64,000 nucleotides of DNA, taken from the NCBI RefSeq assembly GCF_009914755.1, contig NC_060927.1. One strand, 5' to 3'. The stretch comes from the human T2T-CHM13v2.0 reference genome, Homo sapiens. Made by a program: the position numbers and the translations under genes. Within the stretch, counting starts at the first letter, position 1. Every line of letters starts with the position of its first letter. This document shows, in pieces, positions 1 to 14,398 of the stretch. The notes under the pieces are model-generated. The model searched no databases. It saw only the letters and a list, made by a program, of their open reading frames with translations, and had not been told where the DNA came from.

Positions 1-419
1 GTTTATGGTCATGTTTTTCCTCGTTTTAAGAGTTCCCATTCAAGATGAAGCGTATTCACTTTTCATTATCACTTTCTTATAAAGATCTTATTTTTTTTCT
101 TTGAATTCAAATATGTCTAAAAGGCTTAACTTCAGATGTAGAAATTCCCAAGGTGGGGCAACTCTAGGATAAACAGCAGATGTCTAAATGTGTACTATTT
201 CCACACCAATATATGCTAACCCTAGTTTGTTATGATTACTTTCTAGAAATTTTTAAGGCATTTCTTCCATAATTCAACTATAATAGTGAGTCTTATTGGT
301 AGAATGCATTCAGATGGATTTTGATGAATTTGAACTTTTTATTGAAATTTTTTTCTTTTTACTGAAAGTATTGTTATATTTTATAGAGTTCTTTCTTCAT
401 GAACCAACTAGTTTCACAC

Positions 420-645
420 CTTTATAGCACCAGGTACCTTCATAGAATTTAGTGCAGCTTGTAGTTATATAATTATTTTATAATTGTTTAACTCATGTGT
501 GCATAGTCTAGTAGACCAAGAGATCCATGAGAGAAGAAACTTCAGTTTTTGATGCTTACTATTGCATCTGTAGCATCTAATGTAATACCTGGCATCTAGT
601 AGTCATTTGATAAATATTGTATTTGTTGATCAGTGAATAAATGCT
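420..645 (+). mobile_element. L2 LINE 3' end (degenerate)
   Basis: 'cctggcatctagtagtcatttgataaatattgtatttgttgatcagtgaataaatg' resembles the L2 3' terminus (cctggcacatagtaggtgctcaataaatatttgttgaatgaatg). Confidence 0.6.
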
Positions 646-1516
646 TTGTGTTGAGACTTTCTTCCAAACCAGTATTTACATAGTTAACATATGTTATCCT
701 TGGAAATTATGACTTGCTGTTCCTTATGTTTTGGCATCCAGTCTTTTAGCCACTATTACCTTTTTCTGAAATACTGTCTTCCTGTAGTTATTATGATGCA
801 AATTAAATTCATCTGAATTTCTACCTTGGAATGTACCAGACAATGTTTTCCAGACAGGATTTTATGCATCTCACAGAAAGGATATAAACATATGCCTTTG
901 CCCTACATTTTATTTAAGTGAAATTTTACATACTGATTTCTTAATTATATACTTTGAAAACAGCCTGCATTTTATTTCTCTCTATGGGAAACTTTCCAGC
1001 AATAAACAGCAGATTTTTTGGCTGCTTCTGTAATATATAATTAAGAGTTAATAAATTAGATGTGCTGTTGTGTTAAATAGATTATAATTAAAAGGGACTT
1101 TTTTTGTGAAATATAAAAGCATGTTTTATAATGGGATAAGAAAATCAGACATTCAATTTTTTCATAATAATGCTAACGTAAACACTGCAGACTTATTTGT
1201 ATTTAAAATTTTATTTTGGATCTCCTGATTTTAAGGTCATGTGATTAAAAATACCTTAGAAAAAATTTGGAATTTTAGTTTGTGGAACTAGTTTCTTATA
1301 TGATGGGCTTTAAATTTAATGTCTCTATAATTTTTAAAATAAAATTTGAAAATATAGCTTGGCAAGCTATTTGAAAGCACTTCTATGCCAGGTAGGAATC
1401 TTTACAGCAGTCTTCATCTCCAGAAGGAAAGAAGATTTCCAACTATGTCCTATCATGTTTTATGAGACAGTCTTTGAGCCTTGCAAATATATTCTGGTTT
1501 TAGAGAAATGTTATAA

Positions 1517-2054
<538 letters not shown>

Positions 2055-2520
2055 TGAAAAGTGTTTGGCAATCTTTGAAAAATAAAGAGCCCCAGAATGA
2101 TTGAAGTGAGTCTGAGAAGAAGAACCAGCTGTATTTGAGAACTTCTGGGACAAGATGGGGATAACATATAACATGCATATTACAGGAACTCTGAATTTTG
2201 ATGGGTAGCTTCCTGGTTCACAGCATTGAAGATTTTGAAGCTGTGACAGATTATCTTTAGCGCCGTTGGTAAGTGAGCGTGAGGGTTCTTCACGGCACAC
2301 AAAAATAGAGACAGAAAGAAACAAAAGTACTCAGAAACGCTGAAGAAAACCTCAGGTCCCTGTTCCCCTGGAGGACATCTAAATCAGAAGCAACAATCAG
2401 ATTCCTACTTAATCAGTGTCTTGGGTATAGCGCCCTAGAATCTCCTCTGAGTAGTATTACAGACACGGAAGTCTGAGAATTAACTCCTTGATTTAAGTAT
2501 GGCCATATAGTTGTTTAGAA

Positions 2521-2697
2521 GAGTCATTCTCAGACTTGACTCTGCATTACAATCACTTTTGGAGTTTTAAAAACTACTGATCCCTCAGTTTTATTCCAGA
2601 TTAAATAAATCATCATCTTTGTGACTGAGGCTCAAGCGCTGGTATTTTTTTTTTTTTTAAACTCTCCAAGTTGCAACCAGGGTTGAGAATCAGTGGT
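2521..2697. mobile_element. MER5A-like hAT-Charlie MITE
   Basis: 'gtcattctcagacttgactctgcattacaatcac...caaccagggttgagaatcagtgg' matches MER5-type termini and body. Confidence 0.7.
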
Positions 2698-3799
2698 TTA
2701 GAACATTAAGTGAAGAATGGAAATTTATTGTAATGGCAAAACCAGATGGTAACTGAGTACATCTATTTCTCCATCCTCTTTCCCAAGTTCCCATTGGATG
2801 TGGAAAAGTGAATAATAATAATTTAAAAATATATCAATTCTGGAAAAGAAGAAGTGACATTAGAAGTCCAAACATCTTCAGATATTTTATATAAGACAAA
2901 AGCAAATGGAATTAGTTGGTGATGAAAGAACAGGAAACCACAGTGCAAGATACCAGAGAGTTACAAACTCAGATTCAACCAATACAAGAATCAAAGAATC
3001 ACATTCTTATCAAATGGCTTTCCAGTTTCTGTTTGTTACATAAATAAAGGGGCTGTAAGCAAAGGCTTGAAGAAAAGAGCAGAATTAGAGCTATCACCAG
3101 AACTCTACAAATACACAGAAGAGAGAAGGAGAGAAAAAAGGAAATGGGGAAGGATAGAGAAAGGCGCTTCTGCCTGGAAGTGAAATTGACTAAAGCTTTT
3201 CATTCCCAGTGTGGAGCCTTCCTTACTTTGTCCAATATAGGGCATTAACTTCCTCTCTGCCCCTCTGTATAGGGAAGCCTCTTCTCCACCCCGAACACCC
3301 TGTTTGAACACCACAGAAACTGCAGGCACTCCTTCCATAAAGGGAAATGCATTAGGAGAAAGAGGTCCATACTATTTCCAGAGTTGTGCTTTTAAAAGTA
3401 GCCCTTCGTTTATTCTGTGAAGGCCAATGAAAGATAACCATGTTTGTGAGAAAATCTTTGCAGACAATTGAAGTCTTAAACAATAGAGGGCTTTTTTGGA
3501 AGGGCTTTAGCTGGCTCACAGAATCAACGGAAGGAGAACCAGGCTGTAAAAATGGGCAAGAACCTTTACATGCTGTGCATCACAAACAACCGGTGCAGGA
3601 TGCTGCTACCAATTCCACCTCCAGTAAATATGTACCATCATGCCACCAAACTCAAGTCCATTGCCATTGGTGCAAATTATCACACACAAAAGGACAGATC
3701 AGGAAGGAGAATTTTCTACTCCCACCCATAATCCTCTCTTGAAGGAGGTGAGCCCATTTCTTCCTCCTGTTTTGAGAGCTCCTTAAGATTCAAAGAATG

Positions 3800-4625
3800 T
3801 TTTAAGGCAAGAAGCCTAAAAACTAAACAATGATCACAATTAAAACCAAGGCCTATAAAGGAGAAAAATAAAAATAGAGCATATAGAACAATTAAATTCA
3901 GAGGGGAAAAATTAATGAGTAAGGAAACAGCAGAGACCCTTTAAATTTTTCTAATTAATGCATTTATAGAGATTTGATAGAATTTTTCATCTAGAATGCA
4001 AGCAAGAACATACTACTATGAATCAGAAAAAATAAGTAAGATTTGAGAAGAAATAATACCTGATATTTAAAAAATGCTCTCTGAACTGATAAATGTACCA
4101 ACTAAATAGTAAACTGAACATTACATTATAGCCAAGTTTGTGATGAGAAAAACAAATTTCTCAGAATTTATGGTACAAATAAAAAGTTATTGAAAATAAA
4201 AGAAAAGATACTTTGAGAACAGACACAGGGTTAGAAAAGACATCTGTGAGATATTCCAGAAGGAGACCTTTACAGAGACTATAGAGAGAAGAAAATGATA
4301 AATAAAATAAAAAATATTTTAAAAATAAAAGAACAATTCCAAGTGTGTATGCAGCATGCAAGAAATATATAATCTTTGGCTTGAAGAGCTCATCAAGGAG
4401 GTTATAAGATTATTGACAAAACTGTATCTCATCAATTCCTGATAAAATCAGAAGACTAGGAAAAAAGAGAAACTTACAGGAGTATCCTAAGAACATAAAT
4501 AGCTAACCCATAAAAGAAGAGAATCAGAGTATTATTGTTTCCATAAGCAACATTAGAAGATATAAAAAACAATGAAAAAAGTTCTTCAAAATTTTGAATC
4601 CAGACTGTTATCAGTTAAGTTTAAA
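3800..4625 (+). mobile_element. Ancient L1M ORF1-region relic
   Basis: Very A-rich sense strand with degenerate ORF1-like motifs (aattccaag, gaagagctcatcaag, aaaattttgaatccagactg). Heavily decayed. Confidence 0.4.
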
Positions 4626-4653
4626 GGTATTTTATCCATCTTGAGTTGATTCA

Positions 4654-4674
4654 TGTGTGTGTGTGTGTGTGTGT
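4654..4674. repeat. (TG)n microsatellite
   Basis: Direct reading of the sequence. Confidence 0.9.
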
Positions 4675-4894
4675 TTATATATATGTGATAAAGAAAATGT
4701 AGTATATTCTACATCACTGTTGATGGACAATTAGGTTGAGCCTGTATCTTTGCTATTGTACTTTAATTTATTTTTATACATTAAATATTGTTATCAATTT
4801 ATAAAGAATTAAAATATAATATTCTTCCCATGAAAAAACATTTTATGTTTTTCTATTTGTTTAAAACCTTTTTATGTTTCACAAAAAACTTTGG

Positions 4895-5518
4895 GTTTTT
4901 TCTAACTTTTATTTTAGGTTCAAGGGTACATGCGCAGGTTTGTTATGTAAGTAAACGGCACACTCACAGGAGTTTGGTGTACAGATTATTTTATCACCTA
5001 GGTGATAAGCATAGTACCCGATACGTAGTTTTTTGATCCTATCCCTCCTCCCACTCTCCATTCTCAAGTAGGCCACAGTGGCTATTTTTTTTCCCTCTTT
5101 GTGTCCATGTGTTCTTGTTGTTTAGCTCCCATTTATAAATGAGAATATACTGTATTTGATTTTCTGTTTCTGTGTTAATTTGCTTAGTTTAATGGCCTCC
5201 AGCCCCATCCATGTTGCTGCAAAGGATACAATCTCATTCTTTTTTACGGCTGCATTGTATTCCATGGTGATAGGTACCACATTTTCTTTATCAGTCTACT
5301 GTTCAGTCTGCTGTTGATGGGCACTTAGGTTGATTCCATGTTTTTAGTATTGTGAATAGTGCTGTGATAAATATATGTGTGCATGTGTCTTTATGGTACA
5401 ATGATTCCTTTGGATATATACTGAGTAATGGGGTTGCTGGGTTGAATGGTAGTTCCATTTTAAGTTCATTGAGGAACCACCAAACTGCTTTTCACAATGG
5501 CTGAACTAATTTACATTT
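4895..5518 (-). mobile_element. L1 3' end (L1PA15/16-like): 3' UTR plus ORF2 C-terminus
   Basis: 'ttttattttaggttcaagggtacatgcgcaggtttgttatg...ggtgataagcatagtacccgata' is the antisense 3' UTR of old L1PA. Confidence 0.9.
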
Positions 5519-5824
5519 TCATTATTTTCACATTTTCTTTCTCTTGTCTGATTGCTCTAGCTGGGACAAGAAGTGGCCTTTGAGCTGGACCTTCAAGCAT
5601 ATTTTGGAAGTCTCTGGATGAATAAAAAGATTGTATTAATCTCTTTATTCATTCTGAGATTGAGCAGAATACTTAACAGTCTCTATTAATCAAGTTATCC
5701 ATTATAATTTAACTAATGACTTTCTGTACTCTTATTTTTTAAAAAAGATGTTTATTAGCTTTCGTTTTCATGTTTATCTAAAGCTTCAATTTTCATCTGT
5801 ATTAACAAGTGAATTGTAGCTCAT

Positions 5825-6045
5825 CAATGTGAACAGACTGGATTAAATCTCACTCTGCCACTCTCTAGCTTTGCAATTTGGGTAAACCATTTAATCTTCC
5901 TAAGACTGTTTCCTCAGGTATGATATAGAGTTGATATCTTTACTTGATGGGGTTTGTGATTATTTGAGATATCATCTGTAAAGTTCTTTTTAGCACAGTC
6001 CTTGGAACATGATATGTACTTGATAAGTAATTATTACTATTAATA
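5825..6045 (+). mobile_element. MIR SINE
   Basis: 'cagactggattaaatctcactctgccact...tttaatcttcctaagactgtttcctc...ttagcacagtccttggaacat' follows the MIR core and tail. Confidence 0.75.
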
Positions 6046-6999
6046 TTAGACATATCGAGGTGCCTATGCTCATAATGAATGATTACCTAGCTTCTTACTT
6101 TAAGAGAGGTATAGAAATTTTATAAACAGATTAGGAGATATGTAATCATGAAAATTTGGAAAATAGGAATTTTGAAGCATGGAGGCTATTTAAAAGCCCA
6201 TTTATTTGGTAAGAAAAATTAGAATTACTATTGCAACAAAAAGCTCATTCCACAAAAAATAAATCCCTTCACTGAAATATGTATTATACACTAAGATGAG
6301 TGCTGATATCTTCTTTTTTAAGAACAAGACTGTTATTTATCGATTTTGATTACATAAGACGAGTCTTTCCAGAAATAAAGACAGCATAACTGACCTCTTA
6401 TATATTTTTCTAATTCTGTGTTTCTATAACTATAAAGAAAGCACTGCTGACACTTAGTCAGTAGTAACTCTAAATTCATGAATCTTTTAAATATAGGTAA
6501 GTTTTTAGGCAATGATATAGAAATGGTAGAAAGCCTTAGGCTCTGTGTACTCAAGAGAAAATTGTGTCCCATGTATTTTTAATAAACTAAACAGTGCTAT
6601 TTCCATGAAAAAAATAAGGTATGCTAAATAAGAGTGACAGGAGTTCCAAGGGGAAGGGCTGAAAAAAGATAGAATTTGGCACTTTCATTTTTCAATCGAC
6701 TGAAGGAAAAAATGTAAGAATTTATAGTAAGAGTAGCAGATTGTATTATATCAAAACTGGGGAAGCTTCTGATTTGGGTATTTTGCATAAATTTACATCA
6801 TAATTTGAAAGTCCTATCTGCAGATATTTAAAAGGAGCTTAATTAATATAATTTTTTGCTGTTGTATTTAATTCTAATATTCAGGTACGATACACAAAAT
6901 AAAGATTATATTTTGTCACATATCAAACATGTTAGATTGTCTGGGTCTCAGTTTCTGCAACTCCAGGATGAAATGGTTGACATAAAGAATCCTTAAGTC

Positions 7000-7253
<254 letters not shown>

Positions 7254-8922
7254 AATCCTTAAGTCTTTTGAAGAGGAAAATTTTATGGGTCTTGGATCTA
7301 TGCACCTCTAATAGTGTTTTAAAGAAATAGAATTGCCAATGAAAATTTATTACGAAGAATAACCAGTATATATTCTCACGTTATGCTAATGCAAAAGACA
7401 TTCTTGAGACATTTTGAAATCCTAGTACTGTGAAGGAAAGTGAGAACTCATCCATGGAAATAGGAATTATTTGGATTTCAGTGATGTGCTAGAGCCAGCC
7501 AGTTCTGTGTATCTCTTCCCCACTCTATGTTTGATACTCCATGTTTAACAATATAAAACAATAGTGTTCTCTCTTCTTTCTTAAGTTCTTTAAAATATGT
7601 ATGACTATTAATAGAAAAATTATACCATTATACTGTGGGATTTGCAAGCTACATTGTTAATACGTAGTGTAAAGTTATGTACTGAGCATAGCTTTACACT
7701 ATGTAAAGCATGCAAAGCATGCTGGAGAGGGTCTAAGTCAAATTATATAGTATTTCTGGGTTGAATGGTAGTTCTAAGTTCTTTGGAAAATCTCCAAACT
7801 GCTTTCCACAGTGGTTGAACTAATTTACATTCCCACCAGCAGTGTATAAGCATTCCATTTTCTCTGTAGCCTCACCGACATCTATTATTTTCTGACTTTC
7901 AAATAATAGCTATTCTTAATGGTTTGAGATAGTATCTCATTGTAGTTTTCATTTGCATTTCTCCAATAATTGGTGATGTTAAGCATTTTTTCATATGATT
8001 GTTGGCCATGTGTATGTCTTCTTTTGAGAAGTGTCTGTTCATGCCCTTTGTCAATTTTTAATAGCTTTTTTCTTGTTAAATTGTTTAAATACCTTAAAAG
8101 ATTCTGAATATTAGATTTTGTCAAATGCATGGTTTGGAAATATTTTCTCCCATTCTGTAGGCTCTGTTCACTCTTTTTATAGTTTCTTTTTCTACGCAGA
8201 AGCTCTTTATTTTAATTCGGTCCCACTCGCATATTTTTGTTTTTGTTGCAATTGCTTTTGGAGATTTTATTATGAAATCTTTGCAAAAACCTACGTCCAG
8301 AATGGTATTTTTTTAGGTTTTTATCTAGGGTTTCTATAGTTTTAGGTCATACATTTAAGTCTTTAATTCATTTTGAGTTAATTTTTGTGTATAGTGAAAT
8401 GAAGGTGTCCAGTTTCAATCTTCAGCATATGGCTAGCCACTTATCCCAGCACCATTTATTGAGTAAGGATACCTTTTCCCATTGCTTGTTATTGTTGACT
8501 TAGTCAAAGATTATGTAGTTATAGGTATGTGGCTTTATTTCTGGGTTGTCTAACCTGTTACATTGGTCTATGTGTCTGTTTTTGTACCACTACCATGATG
8601 TTTTGGTTACTGTAGCCTTATATTATAGTATAGTTTGGAGTCAGGTAATGTAATGGCTCCAGCTTTGTTCTTTTTGCTTACTTAGAATTGCTTTGGCTGT
8701 TTGGAATTTTCTTTTTGTCCCATATACACTCTTTTAAAATAGTTTTTTTCCTATTTCTGTGAAGAATTACATTGTTAGTTTGGAAGAAATAGCATTGAAT
8801 CTGTAAATTGCTTTGGGCAATATGGCCATTTTCACAATATTGATTATTTCTGTCCATGAGCACGGAATGTTTTCCCGTTTGTTTGCATTGTCTCTGATTT
8901 CTTTCAGCAATGTTTTGTAATT

Positions 8923-9489
8923 TTAATGGTAGAGATCTTTCACCTCCCTGGTTAGCTTTATTCCTAGGTATTTTATTCTTACTGTGGCTATTGTAAATGG
9001 GATTGCATTACTGATTTGCCTTTGAGGTCGGATGTTATTGGTGTATGAAAATATTACTGATTTTTGTACATTGAGGTTGTATTCTAAAACTTTACTGAAG
9101 TTGTTTATCAGTTCTAGGAGCGTTTGGGCAGAAACTATGGAGTTACCTAGGTATAGAATTATATAATTGTGAACAGTGACAGTTTGACTTCCTCTTTGCC
9201 AATTTGGATGCCCTTTATTTTCTTCTCTTGCCTGATTGCTCTGGCTAGGATTTCCAAGTACTCTGTTGAATAGGAGTGGTGAGAGTGAGTATCCTTGTCT
9301 TGTTTTAGTTCTCAAGGGAAATGTTTCCAGCTTTTGTCCATTCAGTATGGTATCAGCTGCGGGTTTGTCATAGATGTCTCTCTTTATTTTGAGGTATATT
9401 CCTTCGATGCCTAGATTGTTGAGGGTTTCTAATATGAAGGGATGTTGAATTTTATCAAAAGCGTTTTCTGCATTTATTGAAATTATCAT
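8923..9489 (-). pseudogene. Decayed L1 ORF2 reverse-transcriptase fragment
   Basis: Translation matches L1 RT ([21 protein letters not shown]) and is interrupted by frameshifts. Confidence 0.9.
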
Positions 9490-10187
9490 GTAGTTTTAGC
9501 TATTATTTCTTTTTTATGTGCTGAATCACATTTGTTGATTTGCATATGTTGAACCAACCTTGGCATCCCAGGAATAAAGCCTGCTTGATTGTGATAGATT
9601 AGCCTTTTATGTGCTGCTCAATTCAATTTGCTAGTATTTTGTTGAGAATTTTTGCATCTGTGTTCATCAGGGAAGTTTTTTTTTCCTATTGTGTCTCTGA
9701 CAGGTTTTGGTGTAAGAATGATGCTGGCCTCATAGAATGAGTTAGGGAGGAGTTCCTCGTTCTCAATTTTTGGAATAATTTTAGTAGCGTTGGTACCAAC
9801 TCTCCCTTGTACATCTGGTAGAATTTGACTGTGAACCTGCATGGTCCAGGGCTTTTTCTGGTTCATAGGGTTTTTTTTAAATTACTCATTTAATTTCAGA
9901 ACACATTATTGGTCTGTTCAGGATTTCATTTTTTTATGGTTCAATCTTGGGAGGTTTTATGTTTCCAGGAATTTATCCCTTTCTTCTAGGTTTTCTAGTT
10001 TGTGTGAACATAGGTGATTGTAATAGTCTTAGGGTTTTTTTGTGTGTGTTTATATAGGGTCATGGTAATGTTTTCTGCCTCAAGGATTTGTCTAATGCTG
10101 TCAGTGGGGTGTTGAAGTCTCCCACTATTATTGTGTGGGTAACTAAGTCTCTTCATAGGTCTCTAATACTTGTTTTATAAATCTTGA

Positions 10188-10240
10188 TATGTATATATTT
10201 ATACACATATATATATATACACACACACATATGTATATAT
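10188..10240. repeat. (TA)n/(CA)n compound microsatellite inside L1
   Basis: Direct reading of the sequence. Confidence 0.85.
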
Positions 10241-11360
10241 TTAGGATAGTTAAGTCTTCTTGTTGAATTGAACCCTTTATCATTATGTAATGCTCTTCTT
10301 TTCCTTTTTGATTGTTGTTTGTTTAAAGTTTATTTTGTCTGAAATAAGAAGAGCAACTCTTACTCTTCTTTGTTTTCCATCTTGATTGATCTTTCTCCAT
10401 ACTTCTACTTTGAGCCTGTGTGTGTCACTGCACGTGAAATGGGTCTCTTGAATATAGCATATAGTTGGGTCTCACTTCTTCATCCAACTTGCCACTCTGT
10501 GCTTTTTAAATGGGGCATTTGTATAATTTATGTTCAAGGCTAATATTGATATGTGAGGATTTGAGCCTGTCATCGTGTTGTTATCTGGTTGTTATATAGA
10601 TTTGAGTGTATGGTTGCTTTATAGTGTCAGTAGGCTATGTACTTAAGTGTTTCTGTATTGGCAGATAATGGCCTTTTTGTTTCCACATTTATCACTCCCC
10701 TAAGGACCCTCTTATAAGGCGGGTCTGGTGATAAATTCCCTTAGCATTTTCTTGTCTGAAAATTATTTTATTTCTTCTTCACTTATGAAGCTTAGTTTTG
10801 CTGGATATAAAATTCTTGGTTGAAATTTCTTTTAAGAATGCCGAAGATAGGCCTCTCATCTCTTCTGGCTCGTATGATTTCTGCTGAAAGGTCTAGTGTT
10901 AGCCTGATGGGGTTCTCTTTGTTTATGACCTGCCCCTTCTCTTTAGCTGGCTTTAGTATTTTTTCTTTCACACTGACCTTGGAGAACCTGAAGACTATAT
11001 GTCTTGGGGACAGTCCTCTTGTAGTATAGTATCTCACTGGGGTTCTCTGAATTTCTTGAATCTGGATGTAGACCTTTCTAGCAAGGTTAGGGAAATTTTC
11101 ATGGATAATATCCTCAAATACATTTTCCAAGTTGCTTGCTCTCTTTCCCTAATTTTCTGGAAGGCCGTTGAATTGTAGGTTTGGTATCTTTATATAATCC
11201 CACATTTCTTGGAGGTTGTATCTATTTTTTAATCCTTTTTTTCTTTTATTTTGTCTGACTAAGTTTATTTGAAGAACTAGTTATTTAAGTTCTGATATTC
11301 TTTCCTCAGCTTGGTCTATTCTGCTGTTAAAACTTCTGATTGTGTACTATTATGAAATTC

Positions 11361-11661
<301 letters not shown>

Positions 11662-13059
11662 TGAAATTCTTGTAGTGAGTTTTTAAGCTCTAGATCTGTT
11701 TGTTAGATTCTTTCTAAAAATGGCTGTTTTGTCTTTCAGCTCTCATATAATTTTGTTGGATTCCTTAGATTCCTTGGATTGGACTTCTACTTTCTCTTGA
11801 GTCTTGATGATCTTTGTCGCTATAAAGATCCTGAATTCTATGTCTACTATTTCAGCCATTTTGGTCTGTTTAAGAACCACTGCTGGGAGCTAATTAATGC
11901 AGTCATTTGGAGGTAAGAAGACACCCTGACTTTTACAGTTGCCAAAGTTCTTGCACTGGTTCTTTTTCATTTGTGTTGGCTGATGTTCCTTTAATATTTG
12001 AAGTTGCTGTTCTTTTTGAATGGGCCTTTTTGTTTTTATATTCTCTGATGCCCTTGAGGGTTTGACTATGGTTAAGTTGGGTTTAGTTGATTGGTTTCCT
12101 TTCTGGATGCTTTTGGGGGCCAAGGCTTAGCTCAACACTCCTGGGCTGCATGCTGTGTTTCTGGGGTCTGGGAATAGGTGTGCAGTTTTGTTCTCTGGCT
12201 CCTTGAGGTTAAATACCTGCTGTACTGGAGGGGCTGAGGTGTCCCAGTCCACTGGCAACAACACTCCAGTGGGGGCTGCCAGCAAAAGTGCTCTGGTGGG
12301 GTGGCAGTGCACTCCTTTGTGTGTGTGCACTGGCCATGTGGTGGTAGGTCAGTGCAAATGTGTGTACTGGCAGGTTGGCAGGTGTCATTTCATGTGTGTG
12401 CACCTGTGGTGGGTCCATGTGCTGATGCATGCGCTGGTGGGGTGGTGCTAGGTCCCTGCACATGTACATGCTGGCAGGGCAGCCCGGGCTCCACATGTGC
12501 ATGTATGCTGGCAAGGTCTGCCGGCAAAAGATATGACAATGGCCACTAGCGAGCTGAGGCTGTACTACAAAAGAGTATGGCCAGGCAGTGGCCCTGGAAG
12601 AGGCTGGCAGACAGGAGGCACTCAGATCTGACTGGCCCCATCCTACAGGTAAGACTGCCCTGCTCTGTCGTTTGTCTAGCAGCAAACGAAGGCTAAAGCT
12701 GACTAGAGGTATATGGTGAGCTTTGTGGAATAGGCATCCATGGATGTGCCCCATTGCAGCTGTTCCCATGCCAAACCTTCTGGGCTCCACACAGACTGGA
12801 GATCTGTCTCTACTAACTCTCTGGGAAGTTCTCTCTGCCAGCTCAGACGTCCCTGGGGCTCGTGAAGTATCCCACAGCTAGTATCCCAGAGGTCTGTGGC
12901 AGAAGTAGGCCACTTCATGCCTATATTACTCACCAGTTTCCTAGGAGCTGCCCAAGCCAGGAGCAGTTCTGGCACAGTATCCTCCACTTTCAGCCTGGGG
13001 TCTGCATCATCCTGTCCGCTTTCAATGCCTTATTTCCAAAGATCTGTTCAGAGTGTCCT

Positions 13060-13915
13060 CCTTTCTTCATTGTGTATTTTTGGAACCTTTGTAAAAGATC
13101 AGTTGACTGCAGTAGACACTTGAAGAACATGGGTTCGAACTGCCCAGGGTCCACTTACATGCAAATTTTCTTCCACCTCTGCTGTCCCTGAGACAGTAAG
13201 ACCAATTCTCCTCTTTCTTCTCTTCCTCCCCAGCCTATTCAACATGAAGATGATGAAGATGATAAGGATGAAGATCTTTATGATGATCCACTTCTACTTA
13301 CTAAATACTAAATATATATGCTATTTCTTATGATTTTCTTAATAATATTTTCTTTTCTGTAGCTTTCTGTATGGAAAGAATGCAGCATATAATATATATA
13401 ACATAAGAAATATGTAATAATTGACTGTTTATATTATTTGTAGGGCCAACAGTAGGTTATTAGTAGTTTTTGGGAGTCAGAAGTTTTACGTTTTCATTGT
13501 GTGGGAAGTTGTCACCCCTAACCACCATATTCTTGAAGAGTCAACTGTATATATGTGTGGATTTATTTCAGAGTTCTTTTCTGTTCCATTTATCTAAATG
13601 TCTATCTGTATGCCATACCATACTGTTTTAATTACTGTAGCTTTGTAATATATATTAAAATCAGGAAGTGTGATGTCTTCAGCTTTTTTTTCAAGATTGT
13701 TTTGGCTATTCAGGAACTTTTGTGGTTCCATGTAACTTTTAGAATTTTTTTTCTGTATCTAGGAGAAATACCATTGGGATTTTGAGAAAAATTACATTAT
13801 GTCTGTAGATTGCTTTGGGTTGTATGGAGATTTTAACAATATTAAGTTAAGTTTTATAATTTATGAATACAGGATAGCTTTCCATTTGTTTGTTTGTTTG
13901 TGTTTTCTATCATCA
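13060..13915 (-). mobile_element. L1M (L1MA/MB-like) ORF2 fragment, split by Tigger2
   Basis: 'gatcagttgactg|tatatgtgtggatttatttc' is continuous L1 antisense sequence across the Tigger insertion. Confidence 0.8.
13110..13547. mobile_element. Tigger2a/MER28-like TcMar-Tigger element
   Basis: Terminal inverted repeats cagtagacacttgaagaacatggg ... ccatattcttgaagagtcaactg followed by TA; internal (gat)n acidic tract and 'gatgatccacttc' typical of Tigger2. Confidence 0.85.
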
Positions 13916-13924
13916 GTTTTTTTT

Positions 13925-14065
13925 AAATCAAAGCAAAAATAAACAAGTGAGACTTCGTTAAACTAAACAGCTTCTACACAGCAAAAGAACCAACCAGTAG
14001 AGTAAATATGGCAATCTACAGAATGGAAAAAAATACTTGCGAACCATATATCATCTGTTAAGACA
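13925..14065 (+). mobile_element. L1M ORF2 fragment (sense)
   Basis: 'aaagcaaaaataaacaagtgagac...aaactaaacagcttctacacagcaaaag'; resumes after the AluJ as 'caaatggccaacagg'. Confidence 0.8.
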
Positions 14066-14069
14066 TTCA

Positions 14070-14378
<309 letters not shown>

Positions 14379-14398
14379 ACAATCAAATGGCCAACAGG

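Noticed and set aside
7479-7545. Possible MER63-like hAT terminus (cagtgatgtgctagagccagc)
   Set aside because: Too short and degenerate to call without a profile search.
12209-12790. 193-aa His/Pro-rich ORF, the longest in the track
   Set aside because: Lies within the GC-richer, internally repetitive 5' UTR of the old L1, where stops are scarce; no recognisable protein family.
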